In this document: piece by piece, positions 21,358 to 30,881 of the stretch | Numbering within the stretch: the first letter of the stretch is position 1 | How the letters are laid out: each line of letters begins with the position of its first letter | Assembly (NCBI GenBank): GCA_029863605.1 | Contig: JAOTVB010000012.1 | Location: 8,900-72,899 of the forward strand | DNA length: 64,000 nucleotides | DNA from: Myxococcales bacterium | GTDB taxonomy: Bacteria; Myxococcota_A; Polyangia; Polyangiales; Houyiibacteriaceae | Direction of reading: 5' to 3' | Notes under the pieces: generated by a model | What the model was told of the DNA's origin: nothing | What the model saw: only the letters and a program-made list of their open reading frames with translations | Databases searched by the model: none | Position numbers and translations under genes: made by a program

Positions 21358-23223
21358 ATGGAGTTTTTTCGTTGTAGGGTCCGGATCGTGACGGCGAAGA
21401 GCGTAACGAGGTTCGCGGCCAGCATCTTCGGCGCCGCACTGCTGCTGGTGGGGGCTCTCGAGTCGTCGGGGAGCGCGCAGGGCGACACGAGCCACTACCA
21501 AACGCTGCAGCTCGGCGAGCGCTCGCGCGGCATGGCCGCGGCCTACACGGGTTTCGCAGCTGACGGAGCCGCGATCTGGTTCAACCCTGCGGGCCTACCT
21601 CTCCTGGAGGCGAAGCTGCTTCAGGGCAGCTTGTCGTTGAGCTCGCTTCGCAAAGCGACGTACAGCAACGCGATCCTGAGCGACGATCCCAACGCCGTAC
21701 CAGGTACGTGTAACCCGGACCTCAACAGTGGCGATCCCGATTTCTCAGGCTGTCAGGTTCAAGACTTCGTGCTGGAATCGAGGCCGACGCTTCCGGTCTT
21801 TGCGGTCGCGAGCTTTGCGCTTGGCAAGGTTAAGTACGACAAGGGCAGGAAGCCCGTGCAGATCGCGATCTCGGCGTTCCAAACTTTTAACAACGAGAAC
21901 GGCGGTGACATTCAAACCATGGACAGCTTTGGCCGCACCAATACTGCCCAGTTCGCACAGAAGGACTCGATCACCTACCTCGGCGCCGCGGTCGGCTACC
22001 GCGTCATCGAGAACTTCTTGATCGGCCTCAGCATGTTTGCAGCCCACCGAGAGCTCAATCACTTGGAGACCCTTTCGTTTTCTGTCGGTGGCGAACAAGA
22101 TCCCACAGAAGGAAGCCCTTGTCCCACAAGCCCGACGATTCCGTTTTGCGTCAAGGATGCCCGCTCCGTTAGTCGGAATACGTTCTTCCAGATGAGCTCG
22201 TGGAGCCTGGTCTTCCGGATCGGCCTAATGCAGCTCCTTGGGGACGGGCGCTGGCGTCTTGGCCTGATGTTTCAGCCTCCGGGCATTCAAGTGGGCGGTA
22301 AATCCACTCTTCGTTTTGAGCTCAACGATATCGACGCTCGGGTCGACCCGGCGTCCTCCGAATCGATCTTCGCGCAGATCAGGCGCGGAGCCAATTCGCC
22401 AATTCCCTGGAAGCTGCGCCTCGGCGTCGCGTATGCGTGGACCAAGCGCGTCGCAGTCGCGGCCGACCTGCAGTTGGTAGGGCCGGTCGGCGACGGAAGC
22501 ATTACGCCCGCCCTTCCTCAGGTCGAAGGCCGCGCCAACACGTCGGGGGCGTTGCTCGACACCGACACTAAGCGCGTCTTCACCTGGAACATCTCCATCG
22601 GAACGGAAATTGAGATCACCAAATTCCTGTTTACCCGTTTTGGTTTTCTTACCGATCGCTCCGGGGCGCCCGACGCAATCGAATCTGAAACCGGTCGCAT
22701 TCAGCGAGCCTCCATCGATCGCTACGGGTTCAGCTTTTCGTTTGGCGGGCACAAAAACAACAAGGGGTTGTCGTTCGCGCTATCGGCGCTCTTCGGAAAA
22801 GGCGAGGGCCCCGCCCTGGATCTGCGACCGTCGACCCTCGATGACCCCGATGCGGGTGTGTTCTACACCTCGAAAGTCAAGGAGCGCGTTTTCATCATCT
22901 CGATCGGCGGTGACGTCGGTCAAGCGGCAGCTGTGGTCAAAGACGAGATCAAAGAGAGGAAACGCGAGGAGGAGCTCGAGGAAGAAGCAAGGCAAGCCGC
23001 GGACCGCCAGGCCGAAGTGGAGGCCGCCGACGGGCTGATCGAAGACCCGGAGATCAAGGAAGCAACCGAGAAAGCGCGTAGAGAGCGCCTTGAAGCCGAG
23101 AAGGCCGAAGAGGAGCTCGAGGCACTCAAAGAGCGAAAGAAGCGGGAAGAAAACCTCAGCATCGAGGATCAAGAAGCGATCCAGAAGTCGACCCAAGAGG
23201 GCATCCAGACGCTGACACCTTGA
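21358..23223 (+). CDS. FadL/TodX-like outer-membrane protein with an approximately 100-aa charged coiled-coil C-terminal tail
   Basis: The N-terminal YQTLQLGERSRGMAAAYTGFAADGAAIWFNPAGL matches the FadL-family hatch motif (E. coli FadL [34 protein letters not shown]). The tail is KDEIKERKREEELEEEARQAADRQ... Confidence 0.6.
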   Translation: MEFFRCRVRIVTAKSVTRFAASIFGAALLLVGALESSGSAQGDTSHYQTLQLGERSRGMAAAYTGFAADGAAIWFNPAGLPLLEAKLLQGSLSLSSLRKATYSNAILSDDPNAVPGTCNPDLNSGDPDFSGCQVQDFVLESRPTLPVFAVASFALGKVKYDKGRKPVQIAISAFQTFNNENGGDIQTMDSFGRTNTAQFAQKDSITYLGAAVGYRVIENFLIGLSMFAAHRELNHLETLSFSVGGEQDPTEGSPCPTSPTIPFCVKDARSVSRNTFFQMSSWSLVFRIGLMQLLGDGRWRLGLMFQPPGIQVGGKSTLRFELNDIDARVDPASSESIFAQIRRGANSPIPWKLRLGVAYAWTKRVAVAADLQLVGPVGDGSITPALPQVEGRANTSGALLDTDTKRVFTWNISIGTEIEITKFLFTRFGFLTDRSGAPDAIESETGRIQRASIDRYGFSFSFGGHKNNKGLSFALSALFGKGEGPALDLRPSTLDDPDAGVFYTSKVKERVFIISIGGDVGQAAAVVKDEIKERKREEELEEEARQAADRQAEVEAADGLIEDPEIKEATEKARRERLEAEKAEEELEALKERKKREENLSIEDQEAIQKSTQEGIQTLTP

Positions 23224-23314
23224 CCAGGCGGTGAGTCCACGTCGAGGTTCGAGCTTTCGATCGATCTCGCCCGGTGATCTCTGCGTCAACTCGGTGTAGC
23301 TTCGGGCCCGATCC

Positions 23315-24805
23315 GTGACCAGTACGTGTGTGCGCTACTTTCTGCTGATGGCCGGGATCGCCGGAACCCCCGCGCTCGCCCTTGCTCAGCTCGGTCCAGA
23401 CGGGAGCCCGATCACGACGTCCGACTACACGATCGACCTCACGCGAGGGGTCGTCATCAGTACATCTCGAGTCACGGGGCTTGCGGGTGCGGCGACCTCG
23501 CTGGCGGAGGGCGTCCAGGGTGGCCTTCAGAACCCCGCTGCCGTGGCATGGCGCGGGCCCCAGTGGCCAGATTGGTATGATTATTGGCTCGCGTTCAGCG
23601 TGACGTATCCGTTTCAGTCGGGAGACTTCTACAACAGCGGTGGGGTCCTTGGCGAATCGCAGAATGTGGAAGAGGACGGCCTCTTTTTCTTGATTCCGGG
23701 CGCGTACTGGCAGATGTGGAATTTCGGGATCGGGCTCATCATCGATGCGCAATTCGTCACCCTGAAAGGCGTTCAGAACCCCACCACGATGCAGCCGGAG
23801 CAGTTGCGACTCCGGTTCACCACGTTTCACATCCAGGCCGGTTACGGATTTCTCGATGGGCAGCTGGTGATCGGCGGCGGCCTGCGCATCCTTCGCGAGC
23901 GAGCCTTCTTCTCGGACCGCCTGGTGAAAAAAAAGGGCGAAGATGCGTTCGATTCGCTAGGCCTCGGAGGTGAGGTCGGGATCATGATTCAGCCGCACGA
24001 CGAACGCTGGCGACTCGGAGCCTCGCTTTATCCGCAGATGGGCACCGGGCTTCGAACCCGCGGCGCCGTCCAAACGGACGGGGACATCACGTTCGGCACC
24101 TTCTTCCTTCCGAGGTCGACGAGGCTTCCGACAAACGGCGGCGTCGGATTTTCGTATCAGTTCGGGCCGCGGCCAACGAACCAACCGTGGATCAGCGTCG
24201 AGAAACTGGCTGCGCCGGAGCTCGAGCGCTTGGAACGGCGCGAGCGGCAAGTTCGAGAAGCCGAGCAACGAGAGCTCGCCGCGGCTCGGGAACGCGGAGG
24301 CCCGCGCGTCGACGAGTGCATTCGTGTGATCGAGGAGGCGTACAAACGGAAGTACGCCCAGATCAAGCGGTGGCGAAAGCAGGTGAAGAGTCAAGCCTGG
24401 GAGGTGATCCGGAATCGCTACCGTAATGAATGGCCTCGCCGCTACCATCTGCTGACAATTGATCTCTGGTTCACGGGTAGGTTGCCGAACGCTGTGGGCG
24501 TCGAATCGTTCCTGTTCCAAACCGTCCAACGTTCCGGCGAAAAGGTCACGGTTTCGCCGCGCATCGGTTACGAGAGCGAGCCCTGGCCGAAGCGCATGAA
24601 GGTTCGGGTGGGGAGCTATGTCGAGCCCACGCGCTTCGCAACGTCGGCGGCGCGCCTGCATATCACTTTCGGAATCGACATCAATGTCTTAAAGTGGAAC
24701 GTCTTCGGCCTGTGGCCCGACGACTATCGATGGCAGATCTCGACCTCGTTCGACATCGCGGCGGAGTACCAGGCGGTCTCTCTCGGCATCGGCGGGTGGT
24801 ACTAG
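23315..24805 (+). CDS. outer-membrane beta-barrel protein (FadL-like N-motif) with an internal charged helical insertion
   Basis: Signal peptide, then SRVTGLAGAATSLAEGVQGGLQNPAAVA. Ends ...GIGGWY (aromatic terminus). Internal insertion ELERLERRERQVREAEQRELAAARERG... Confidence 0.5.
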   Translation: MTSTCVRYFLLMAGIAGTPALALAQLGPDGSPITTSDYTIDLTRGVVISTSRVTGLAGAATSLAEGVQGGLQNPAAVAWRGPQWPDWYDYWLAFSVTYPFQSGDFYNSGGVLGESQNVEEDGLFFLIPGAYWQMWNFGIGLIIDAQFVTLKGVQNPTTMQPEQLRLRFTTFHIQAGYGFLDGQLVIGGGLRILRERAFFSDRLVKKKGEDAFDSLGLGGEVGIMIQPHDERWRLGASLYPQMGTGLRTRGAVQTDGDITFGTFFLPRSTRLPTNGGVGFSYQFGPRPTNQPWISVEKLAAPELERLERRERQVREAEQRELAAARERGGPRVDECIRVIEEAYKRKYAQIKRWRKQVKSQAWEVIRNRYRNEWPRRYHLLTIDLWFTGRLPNAVGVESFLFQTVQRSGEKVTVSPRIGYESEPWPKRMKVRVGSYVEPTRFATSAARLHITFGIDINVLKWNVFGLWPDDYRWQISTSFDIAAEYQAVSLGIGGWY

Positions 24806-24872
24806 CTCCTCGTCGATCCGGGCTTGCTCTGGTGGCGATTCCTCTTTAGAAGGAAGCCCGGAGCAGAGAGGC

Positions 24873-25802
24873 TTGGGAATGACGCAACACAGGTTCACCC
24901 TCGGGGCTTGCCTCCTAGCGCTGCTCGTCAGCTGCGGCTGCAAGAAAGACAAGGCGACGCCGCCACCGCCCGAGCTGTCTGTTTCGATGGTCGAGGCCGG
25001 GGACGAGCCGCGCAAGGTCCTGCGTTACGCGATCGCACCCGGCACCGTCGTTCGAAGCGTCCTCCAGGTACGCACGGCCTCGACGACGACCGAAGACCTT
25101 CAAGACACTTTTGGCCTTCTGCCTGGAGTGAGACTCGACCTCCACGCAGGGCCCACGGTTGCGTTCGGCGACCAGGGCATTCGCTATGTGCTCCGCATCT
25201 CGAGGGCGACCCCGATTCTGCCTGAAGGCACCGAGGAAGATCGCCTCGAGGGAGCCCAAGAGGGTGTGCGAGCGTTGAACGGCATGCGGGGCCGCTTCGA
25301 CTTGAGTGACCGTGGCATCGTGATGGATTCGGACGTTCCTTGGACGCAGGGCCAAGAGCGAATCCATCCGCGAGTCACGATCATGCTGGGGAATGTTCGC
25401 TCCGCAGTCGCGACCGTTCCGCTTCCGGTCGAACCTGTCGGGGTGGGCGCCGTTTGGGAGGTCCGACGATCTGTCCGGCTTTGGAGCGCGTGGGTGACGC
25501 AGGTCACGCGCTACGAGCTCGTCGATCGCACCGGTGACCGCTTTCGCGTCCGGATTGGCGTGCGTCAGTCCGCACCCGCCCAGGTGGCCGATCTCAATCC
25601 CAAGCTCGAGATGCACGTGCGCACCTACGAGATGCAGGGAGAAGGCCATGCTTTGGTCGACCTCGGGTTGCCAATCGCGCTCGAAGCGGAGCTCGAGTCA
25701 CATTCGGAGGCCGATATTGCCCTGGTTTCTCCCGAGGAAACGGAACCGATTCAGTCCGCGCGGCACTCGGTCCTGCGGCTGACCACGAAGAGAGAAAGGT
25801 AG
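24873..25802 (+). CDS. hypothetical lipoprotein (tandem paralogue 1)
   Basis: Lipobox LVSC|G. Shares VPxPxEPVGVxxxWEVxR...RQSAPxQ with the next gene. Confidence 0.6.
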   Translation: MGMTQHRFTLGACLLALLVSCGCKKDKATPPPPELSVSMVEAGDEPRKVLRYAIAPGTVVRSVLQVRTASTTTEDLQDTFGLLPGVRLDLHAGPTVAFGDQGIRYVLRISRATPILPEGTEEDRLEGAQEGVRALNGMRGRFDLSDRGIVMDSDVPWTQGQERIHPRVTIMLGNVRSAVATVPLPVEPVGVGAVWEVRRSVRLWSAWVTQVTRYELVDRTGDRFRVRIGVRQSAPAQVADLNPKLEMHVRTYEMQGEGHALVDLGLPIALEAELESHSEADIALVSPEETEPIQSARHSVLRLTTKRER

Positions 25803-25804
25803 CG

Positions 25805-26809
25805 ATGATGCTTCGCATTGTGTTGGTCGCGTGTCTCCTGGTTGCGACGACTTCTTGCCGTCCCCAGTACCAACCCCAGACCGCGATCGTCGATCCGGGG
25901 CCTCCGCGGCGCGTCCCGCCTACGATTCGGGTGCTCGATCCTGGGATGACTCCTCGTGTCCCACTACGGTATGACGTTCCGCCGGGGCAGACCGAAGTGC
26001 TCTACCTCGAGCTCGTCATGCTGAGTGCCACGGTAGTTGGCGGCCAGGGGCAGCAAAGTGGCATGCCCCCGGTGCAGCTCGAGGTAAAGCTCGGGCCCGC
26101 GGAGCCGACGCCTGAAGGCTTCATTCGTCACGCCATTCAGATCACGCAGGTCCGTCTTTCAAAGGTCGCTGACGAGATGAAGCCCGCGGCACGTGAACAG
26201 CTCGAGAACATGCTCGAGCCCCTGCTACAGGTGCAAGGCTGGAGCGAGATGGACTCGCAAGGAAGAATCCGACGCGGTGAGTTCCGCGGCCTCAAAGACG
26301 TGCCGCCTCGGTTGAGCTCGATGCTTGGCAACATTCGCACCGCGCTCCTTACCGTGCCTTTCCCATCGGAGCCGGTTGGGGTGCGGTCGCGCTGGGAGGT
26401 CGATCGCAAGGTGCAGCTCTCCGGGATATGGGTCGACCAGACCGTCACCTACGACTTGATGGACAAGGACCAGAACAAGCTCAAGCTCCAGATCTCGGCC
26501 CGACAAAGTGCTCCGCCCCAGGCAATCGGAAGCGGCCGGCTCGAGGCGTACCAAGCGTCGGTCATCGGTTCGTCGGTCGTGAGGCTCGGTTTCTTCACCC
26601 CATTCTCGGAGGCAGAATCCACATCGCAGATGCGGATCAACACCTATGTGCAAGGTCGGCCCCAGCTGGTACGCGTCGAAACGAAAGTCGCCGTCCAGGT
26701 CTACCCAGCCGAGGCGGCTGGAGAATTCAGGGCGCGAGAGCCGGAGCCTGCCGAGGACCCGAGGAAAGTCACAGACCCGGGAAAGCAGGAGCTCCGCTGG
26801 ATGAAGTAG
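25805..26809 (+). CDS. hypothetical lipoprotein (tandem paralogue 2)
   Basis: Lipobox ATTSC|R. Paralogous to 24873-25802. Starts 2 nt after the upstream stop. Confidence 0.6.
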   Translation: MMLRIVLVACLLVATTSCRPQYQPQTAIVDPGPPRRVPPTIRVLDPGMTPRVPLRYDVPPGQTEVLYLELVMLSATVVGGQGQQSGMPPVQLEVKLGPAEPTPEGFIRHAIQITQVRLSKVADEMKPAAREQLENMLEPLLQVQGWSEMDSQGRIRRGEFRGLKDVPPRLSSMLGNIRTALLTVPFPSEPVGVRSRWEVDRKVQLSGIWVDQTVTYDLMDKDQNKLKLQISARQSAPPQAIGSGRLEAYQASVIGSSVVRLGFFTPFSEAESTSQMRINTYVQGRPQLVRVETKVAVQVYPAEAAGEFRAREPEPAEDPRKVTDPGKQELRWMK

Positions 26810-26822
26810 AAGCGGCAGCGAG

Positions 26823-27557
26823 CTATTGCTCTCTGCGGACGAACACGGCTGGGTCTAGCTTTTCGACGATCATGTCTGCAGCCTTCGCGACTTGTTCGGG
26901 GTCGTTTCCGTCGAAGGTCACTTTGGTGCGGTAGTCCTCGGCATGCCACTTGACGTAACTTCCGACCATGACGCTCGGGAAGGCGCGCGCGATCTCTTCG
27001 AGGAGGCTGGCGATCTCTCCCTCGCCGCTCTTCGTGTACACCGCCTGAGAGTGGAATTCGTGCCCGTGGTCGATCCGCTTTCGTAAGTCGGTGAACTTGA
27101 GCTCGAAGATTTCCGGGACGCCGGGGAGGACGTAGACATTGTCGATCACGATGGTCGGCCAAGGCGCCTCGGCGCTGCGCAGCATCTCAGCACCCTCCGG
27201 CATGTTGGCCATTCGGAAGTGCGCCTCGGTCGCACGGTCTCCATAGTAGTGGCGAATCACCTTCTCGACCGCCTCAGAACGAACGACCGGTCGGCCGAAC
27301 GCCGCGGCGACGCCTTCGATCGTGACATCATCGTGTGTGGGGCCCACCCCGCCGCTGGTAAATACGAGGTCGTGCGACGAGCGGAGGGCATTGAGCTCGC
27401 TGCAAATGGCTTCGACTTCGTCTCCACACACCACGACTCGCCGAAGCTCGATTCCCAACTCGAACAGGCCGCGGGCGAGGAACGCCGTGTTCGTGTCCGC
27501 GATCTTCCCGGACAGAATCTCGTTGCCGATGATTAGGGCAGCAGCGGTGCGCGACAT
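26823..27557 (-). CDS. CinA-like / MoCF-biosynthesis (molybdopterin-binding) domain protein
   Basis: IIGNEILSGKIADTNTAFLA...FTSGGVGPTHDDVT, typical of the MoaB/CinA N-domain fold. Confidence 0.75.
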   Translation of the reverse strand: MSRTAAALIIGNEILSGKIADTNTAFLARGLFELGIELRRVVVCGDEVEAICSELNALRSSHDLVFTSGGVGPTHDDVTIEGVAAAFGRPVVRSEAVEKVIRHYYGDRATEAHFRMANMPEGAEMLRSAEAPWPTIVIDNVYVLPGVPEIFELKFTDLRKRIDHGHEFHSQAVYTKSGEGEIASLLEEIARAFPSVMVGSYVKWHAEDYRTKVTFDGNDPEQVAKAADMIVEKLDPAVFVRREQ

Positions 27558-27558
27558 C

Positions 27559-28716
27559 CTATCCCTCGCCCAGCTCGATCCCCATCGCTCCTGCGACCAT
27601 CACCAATTCTCCGTCCGGCGGGACGCGCTTGAGATTCGCCACCGCGGCCTCTAGTGGCACGGAGACGACGTCCTGTCCTTTGAGGGCGACGACTTGACCG
27701 GTGGTGTCGTTGTAACAGAGAAAAGCTGCGTGGACTCCAAAGCGCGTCCCGAGGATTCGATCAAAAGAGGAGGGCGAGCCGCCGCGCTGCAGATGCCCGA
27801 GAACGGTCACTCGGATGTCGTGATCGATGCGTCCCTCGAGCAACCTGGCGAGCTGCATCCCAGGTCCATCGTGGCGCTGCGAGATGCTCTCGTGGCCCGC
27901 CGTAATGTTGGAGACGGTCCCTCCGACGGGCTTGGCGCCCTCTCCAATGACGATGATGCTGAACGTGTGCCCGGTCGCAGAACGCTCTTGAATCTTATCG
28001 ACGATGCGGTCGATGTCGTAGTGAATTTCGGGGATGAGAATGACATCCGCGCCGCCCGCAATGCCGGACAGCAGGGCGATCCAACCTGAATCACGCCCCA
28101 TGACTTCGAGGATCATCACTCGGTCGTGAGCCTCTGCGGTCGAGTAAAGCGCATCGATTGCCCACGTTGCGGTGGCGACCGCCGTATCCAAGCCGAACGT
28201 GAGATCGGTTGCCGCCAGGTCGTTGTCGATGGTTTTGGGAATGCCGACCACCGAGACGCCCATCTTGGCGAAACGCATTCCAATGTCCATCGTCCCATCG
28301 CCACCGACCAGCACCAAGACGTCGATCTCGAGCTCATCTAGCTTGGCCTTGACGCGGTCTGATACGTCGATGGTTCGTTCGGTCCCGCCCACGCGACGTT
28401 CCACGTGCGCAAACGGGTTGGCGCGGTTCGAGCATCCCAAGATGCTGCCGCCCTTCGGGAGAATGCCTTGAACGCTTTTCCGCGTCAGCGGAACCACCCG
28501 GCCGGGTTGTTCAATCAAGCCTGCGAAGCCGTCTTCGGAACCGAGGACTTCTAGCCCGAGGTCCGTGGCCGTCTTGACGAAGGCCCGCAAGACCGCGTTG
28601 AGGCCTGGCGCATCGCCGCCACCGGTCAGAATCAACACCCGACGGACGACCTCTTCGTCCCTATCGCGCGCGAGATTGTCAGTGTTCACGCGAGGCCCTC
28701 CCACGCTTCGCCGCAA
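27559..28716 (-). CDS. pfkA: 6-phosphofructokinase
   Basis: TGGGDAPGLNA, VLVGGDGT, GIPKTIDNDL and the MGR motif. The start may lie downstream of 28716, since that start overlaps the rlmB-like stop by 38 nt. Confidence 0.9.
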   Translation of the reverse strand: MRRSVGGPRVNTDNLARDRDEEVVRRVLILTGGGDAPGLNAVLRAFVKTATDLGLEVLGSEDGFAGLIEQPGRVVPLTRKSVQGILPKGGSILGCSNRANPFAHVERRVGGTERTIDVSDRVKAKLDELEIDVLVLVGGDGTMDIGMRFAKMGVSVVGIPKTIDNDLAATDLTFGLDTAVATATWAIDALYSTAEAHDRVMILEVMGRDSGWIALLSGIAGGADVILIPEIHYDIDRIVDKIQERSATGHTFSIIVIGEGAKPVGGTVSNITAGHESISQRHDGPGMQLARLLEGRIDHDIRVTVLGHLQRGGSPSSFDRILGTRFGVHAAFLCYNDTTGQVVALKGQDVVSVPLEAAVANLKRVPPDGELVMVAGAMGIELGEG

Positions 28717-29413
28717 CCTCGTACATCGCGATGGCTGCGGCGACCGATGCGTTCAACGAATCCATGGGACCCTCCTGAGGGATGTGAACCACGATATTGC
28801 ATCGTTGTCGAACCATCCGACGAAGCCCCTTTCCCTCGGAGCCGACGACCAGCACCCGTCCGCTATGGGCAGGCTCGAGATCGCGGATGCCGAGCTCGGC
28901 CGTCGCGTCGAGGCCGATGATTTCCATCCCGGTTTCATACAACGACAGGAGGGTTCGCTGCAGGTTGGTGACGCGCGCAATGGCAGCGTGCTCGGTCGCT
29001 CCGGCCGAGGCTCGCACGACCGCCGGGGTAATGCCCGCCGCGCGGTGCTTTGGAATCAAGAGCCCGTCGATGCCCAAGGTGACCGCACTTCGGATGACGG
29101 CGCCGAGGTTTTGTGGATCCGTCACTTCGTCGAGGGCCACGAGAATCGGATGGTGACCCGACCGCGCGACTAGCTCCTCGACGTCGAAAAACGCATAGGG
29201 ATCGGCCAGCGCCACGACGCCTTGGTGACGCACGCCTTCGGCAAGCCGATCGAGCTCGGCACGCTGCTTGGTGCTGACCGGAATGCCGCTTGCTTGCGCG
29301 GCCCCACGCACATCTGGAAACTTATCTTCGGACTCCATGAGCACATGGTGGATCTTGGCGTTACCCCGTAGCGCTTCGAGCACCGGGCGCCGGCCTGCGA
29401 GGACGCGAGTCAT
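28679..29413 (-). CDS. rlmB: SpoU/TrmH-family RNA 2'-O-methyltransferase (RlmB-like)
   Basis: N-terminal substrate-binding domain plus LDEVTDPQNLGAVIRSA and IPQEGPMDSLNASVAAAI motifs. Confidence 0.8.
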   Translation of the reverse strand: MTRVLAGRRPVLEALRGNAKIHHVLMESEDKFPDVRGAAQASGIPVSTKQRAELDRLAEGVRHQGVVALADPYAFFDVEELVARSGHHPILVALDEVTDPQNLGAVIRSAVTLGIDGLLIPKHRAAGITPAVVRASAGATEHAAIARVTNLQRTLLSLYETGMEIIGLDATAELGIRDLEPAHSGRVLVVGSEGKGLRRMVRQRCNIVVHIPQEGPMDSLNASVAAAIAMYEVAAKRGRASREH

Positions 29414-30120
29414 GGTCGGAACGCCAACCCTACTTCTAGCGCGAGGGCCGATGCCGCCGCCGTAACGTCAGTCGCATCGCGAATCGGCCTTCCGACGACG
29501 AGCATATCGGCTCCCGACGTGATCGCCGCCGCGGGTGTCATGACTCGTCTTTGATCATCGGCGGCAGCGCCTGTCGGACGGATCCCTGGTATTACCAAGA
29601 AGGCGTCATCTCCGAGGGAAGCGCGAAGCGAAGCGCATTCGTGTGCAGAGGTTACGAACCCTCGAAGACCCGCGTCCCACGCAAGCCTTGCAAGCCTCGT
29701 CGCCGATGGTGTTGGGCCATCGACGAAGCCGATGCCTCGGAGCGAAGGCTCGTCCAAACTGGTGAGAATCGTCACCGCGAGCAACTGCATCGACCCCGCC
29801 GCCTGATTTGCCGCGTCGAGCGCGTCCGTTCCAGCGGAGCCATGGACCGTGAGATAGTCGACGCCCATGGCCGCGGCCCGGGCGACCGATCGGCCCATGG
29901 TTGCTGGAATGTCGTGCATTTTCAGGTCGAGAAAGCACTTGGCCCCCGCGTTCAGCACGATCTCGACAGCAGGTGGACCGACCGCGGTGAAGAGCTCGAG
30001 GCCTACCTTAAAAACGCCGATGTGCTCGCGCGTCTGCTCGATGAGCCGCCTTGCTGCCTCGAGGTCCGGCACGTCGAGCGCGAGCGCGATGCGGGACGTT
30101 GAGTCCTGTTCAGCCATCAT
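29410..30120 (-). CDS. pyrF: orotidine 5'-phosphate decarboxylase
   Basis: IALALDVPD, FKVG and FLDLKMHDIPATM motifs. Confidence 0.92.
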   Translation of the reverse strand: MMAEQDSTSRIALALDVPDLEAARRLIEQTREHIGVFKVGLELFTAVGPPAVEIVLNAGAKCFLDLKMHDIPATMGRSVARAAAMGVDYLTVHGSAGTDALDAANQAAGSMQLLAVTILTSLDEPSLRGIGFVDGPTPSATRLARLAWDAGLRGFVTSAHECASLRASLGDDAFLVIPGIRPTGAAADDQRRVMTPAAAITSGADMLVVGRPIRDATDVTAAASALALEVGLAFRP

Positions 30121-30146
30121 TCACCGCGGCTACGCTACGGTGCGGA

Positions 30147-30881
30147 CTAGAGGCTGTCCAGCCCAGCAAGTGGATCGTCGGTATCCGCTTTGCGGGGTTT
30201 AGACCGACCGCGTCGAGCGCCCGCGGGCTTGCTCGGCGATGCAGCCCTTCGTGCTTCCGCGGCGGCCTGTGCTTCCCGCTGTGCCTTCTCTGCCAGGCGG
30301 GCCTTTTCCGCTTCCGCCTGGGCGCGTTTTTGAGCCTCCAGCTCCGCTGCTTGGCGAGCCCGTTCCGCTTCGCGCGCTGCTCGCTCGGCTTCCATCTTGG
30401 CTGCGAGGGCTTCCGCTTCTTGCTGCTCGACGGCGGGCTTGTAGATCCCGAGGTAAGAGCCCCCAAACACCGCAGCGATTAGCACCACTGCCGCCGCCAC
30501 CAGTTTGGGGTGAACCCCTTTGCGTTGTTGTGCGCTGATCGCCGCGATCTCTTTTTCATGAGCGAGCATGCGCTGATGCTCATCGGCCTTTTCTCGAGCC
30601 TCTTGTTCCAGTCGTACCCGCAGCTCGGCTTCTTTGCGTTCGCGAATCGCCCGCTCGTCCTCTTCGCGAATCTTGCGCTCTTCGGCAGCGCGAGCCTCTG
30701 CTTCAGCGCGGAGCCGCGCTTCTTCCTCTTCTTGCTTTTGGCGAGCCTCCGCCGCGATACGCTCGCGCTCGGCTGCCTCGCGTTGAAGCTGCTCCTCCTC
30801 CTCTTCACGAACCCGGTCTTCTTCGAGGTTCATGAGCTCTCGAAGGTTGAAGAGAACGGAAGACTCTTTTTCCTCGGACAT
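30147..30881 (-). CDS. bitopic coiled-coil protein (E/R/A-rich helices on both sides of one TM segment)
   Basis: Start at ATG 30881 (MSEEKESSVLFNLRELMNLEEDRV). TM segment LVAAAVVLIAAVFGGSYLGIY. Long charged heptad-like tracts. Confidence 0.55.
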   Translation of the reverse strand: MSEEKESSVLFNLRELMNLEEDRVREEEEEQLQREAAERERIAAEARQKQEEEEARLRAEAEARAAEERKIREEDERAIRERKEAELRVRLEQEAREKADEHQRMLAHEKEIAAISAQQRKGVHPKLVAAAVVLIAAVFGGSYLGIYKPAVEQQEAEALAAKMEAERAAREAERARQAAELEAQKRAQAEAEKARLAEKAQREAQAAAEARRAASPSKPAGARRGRSKPRKADTDDPLAGLDSL

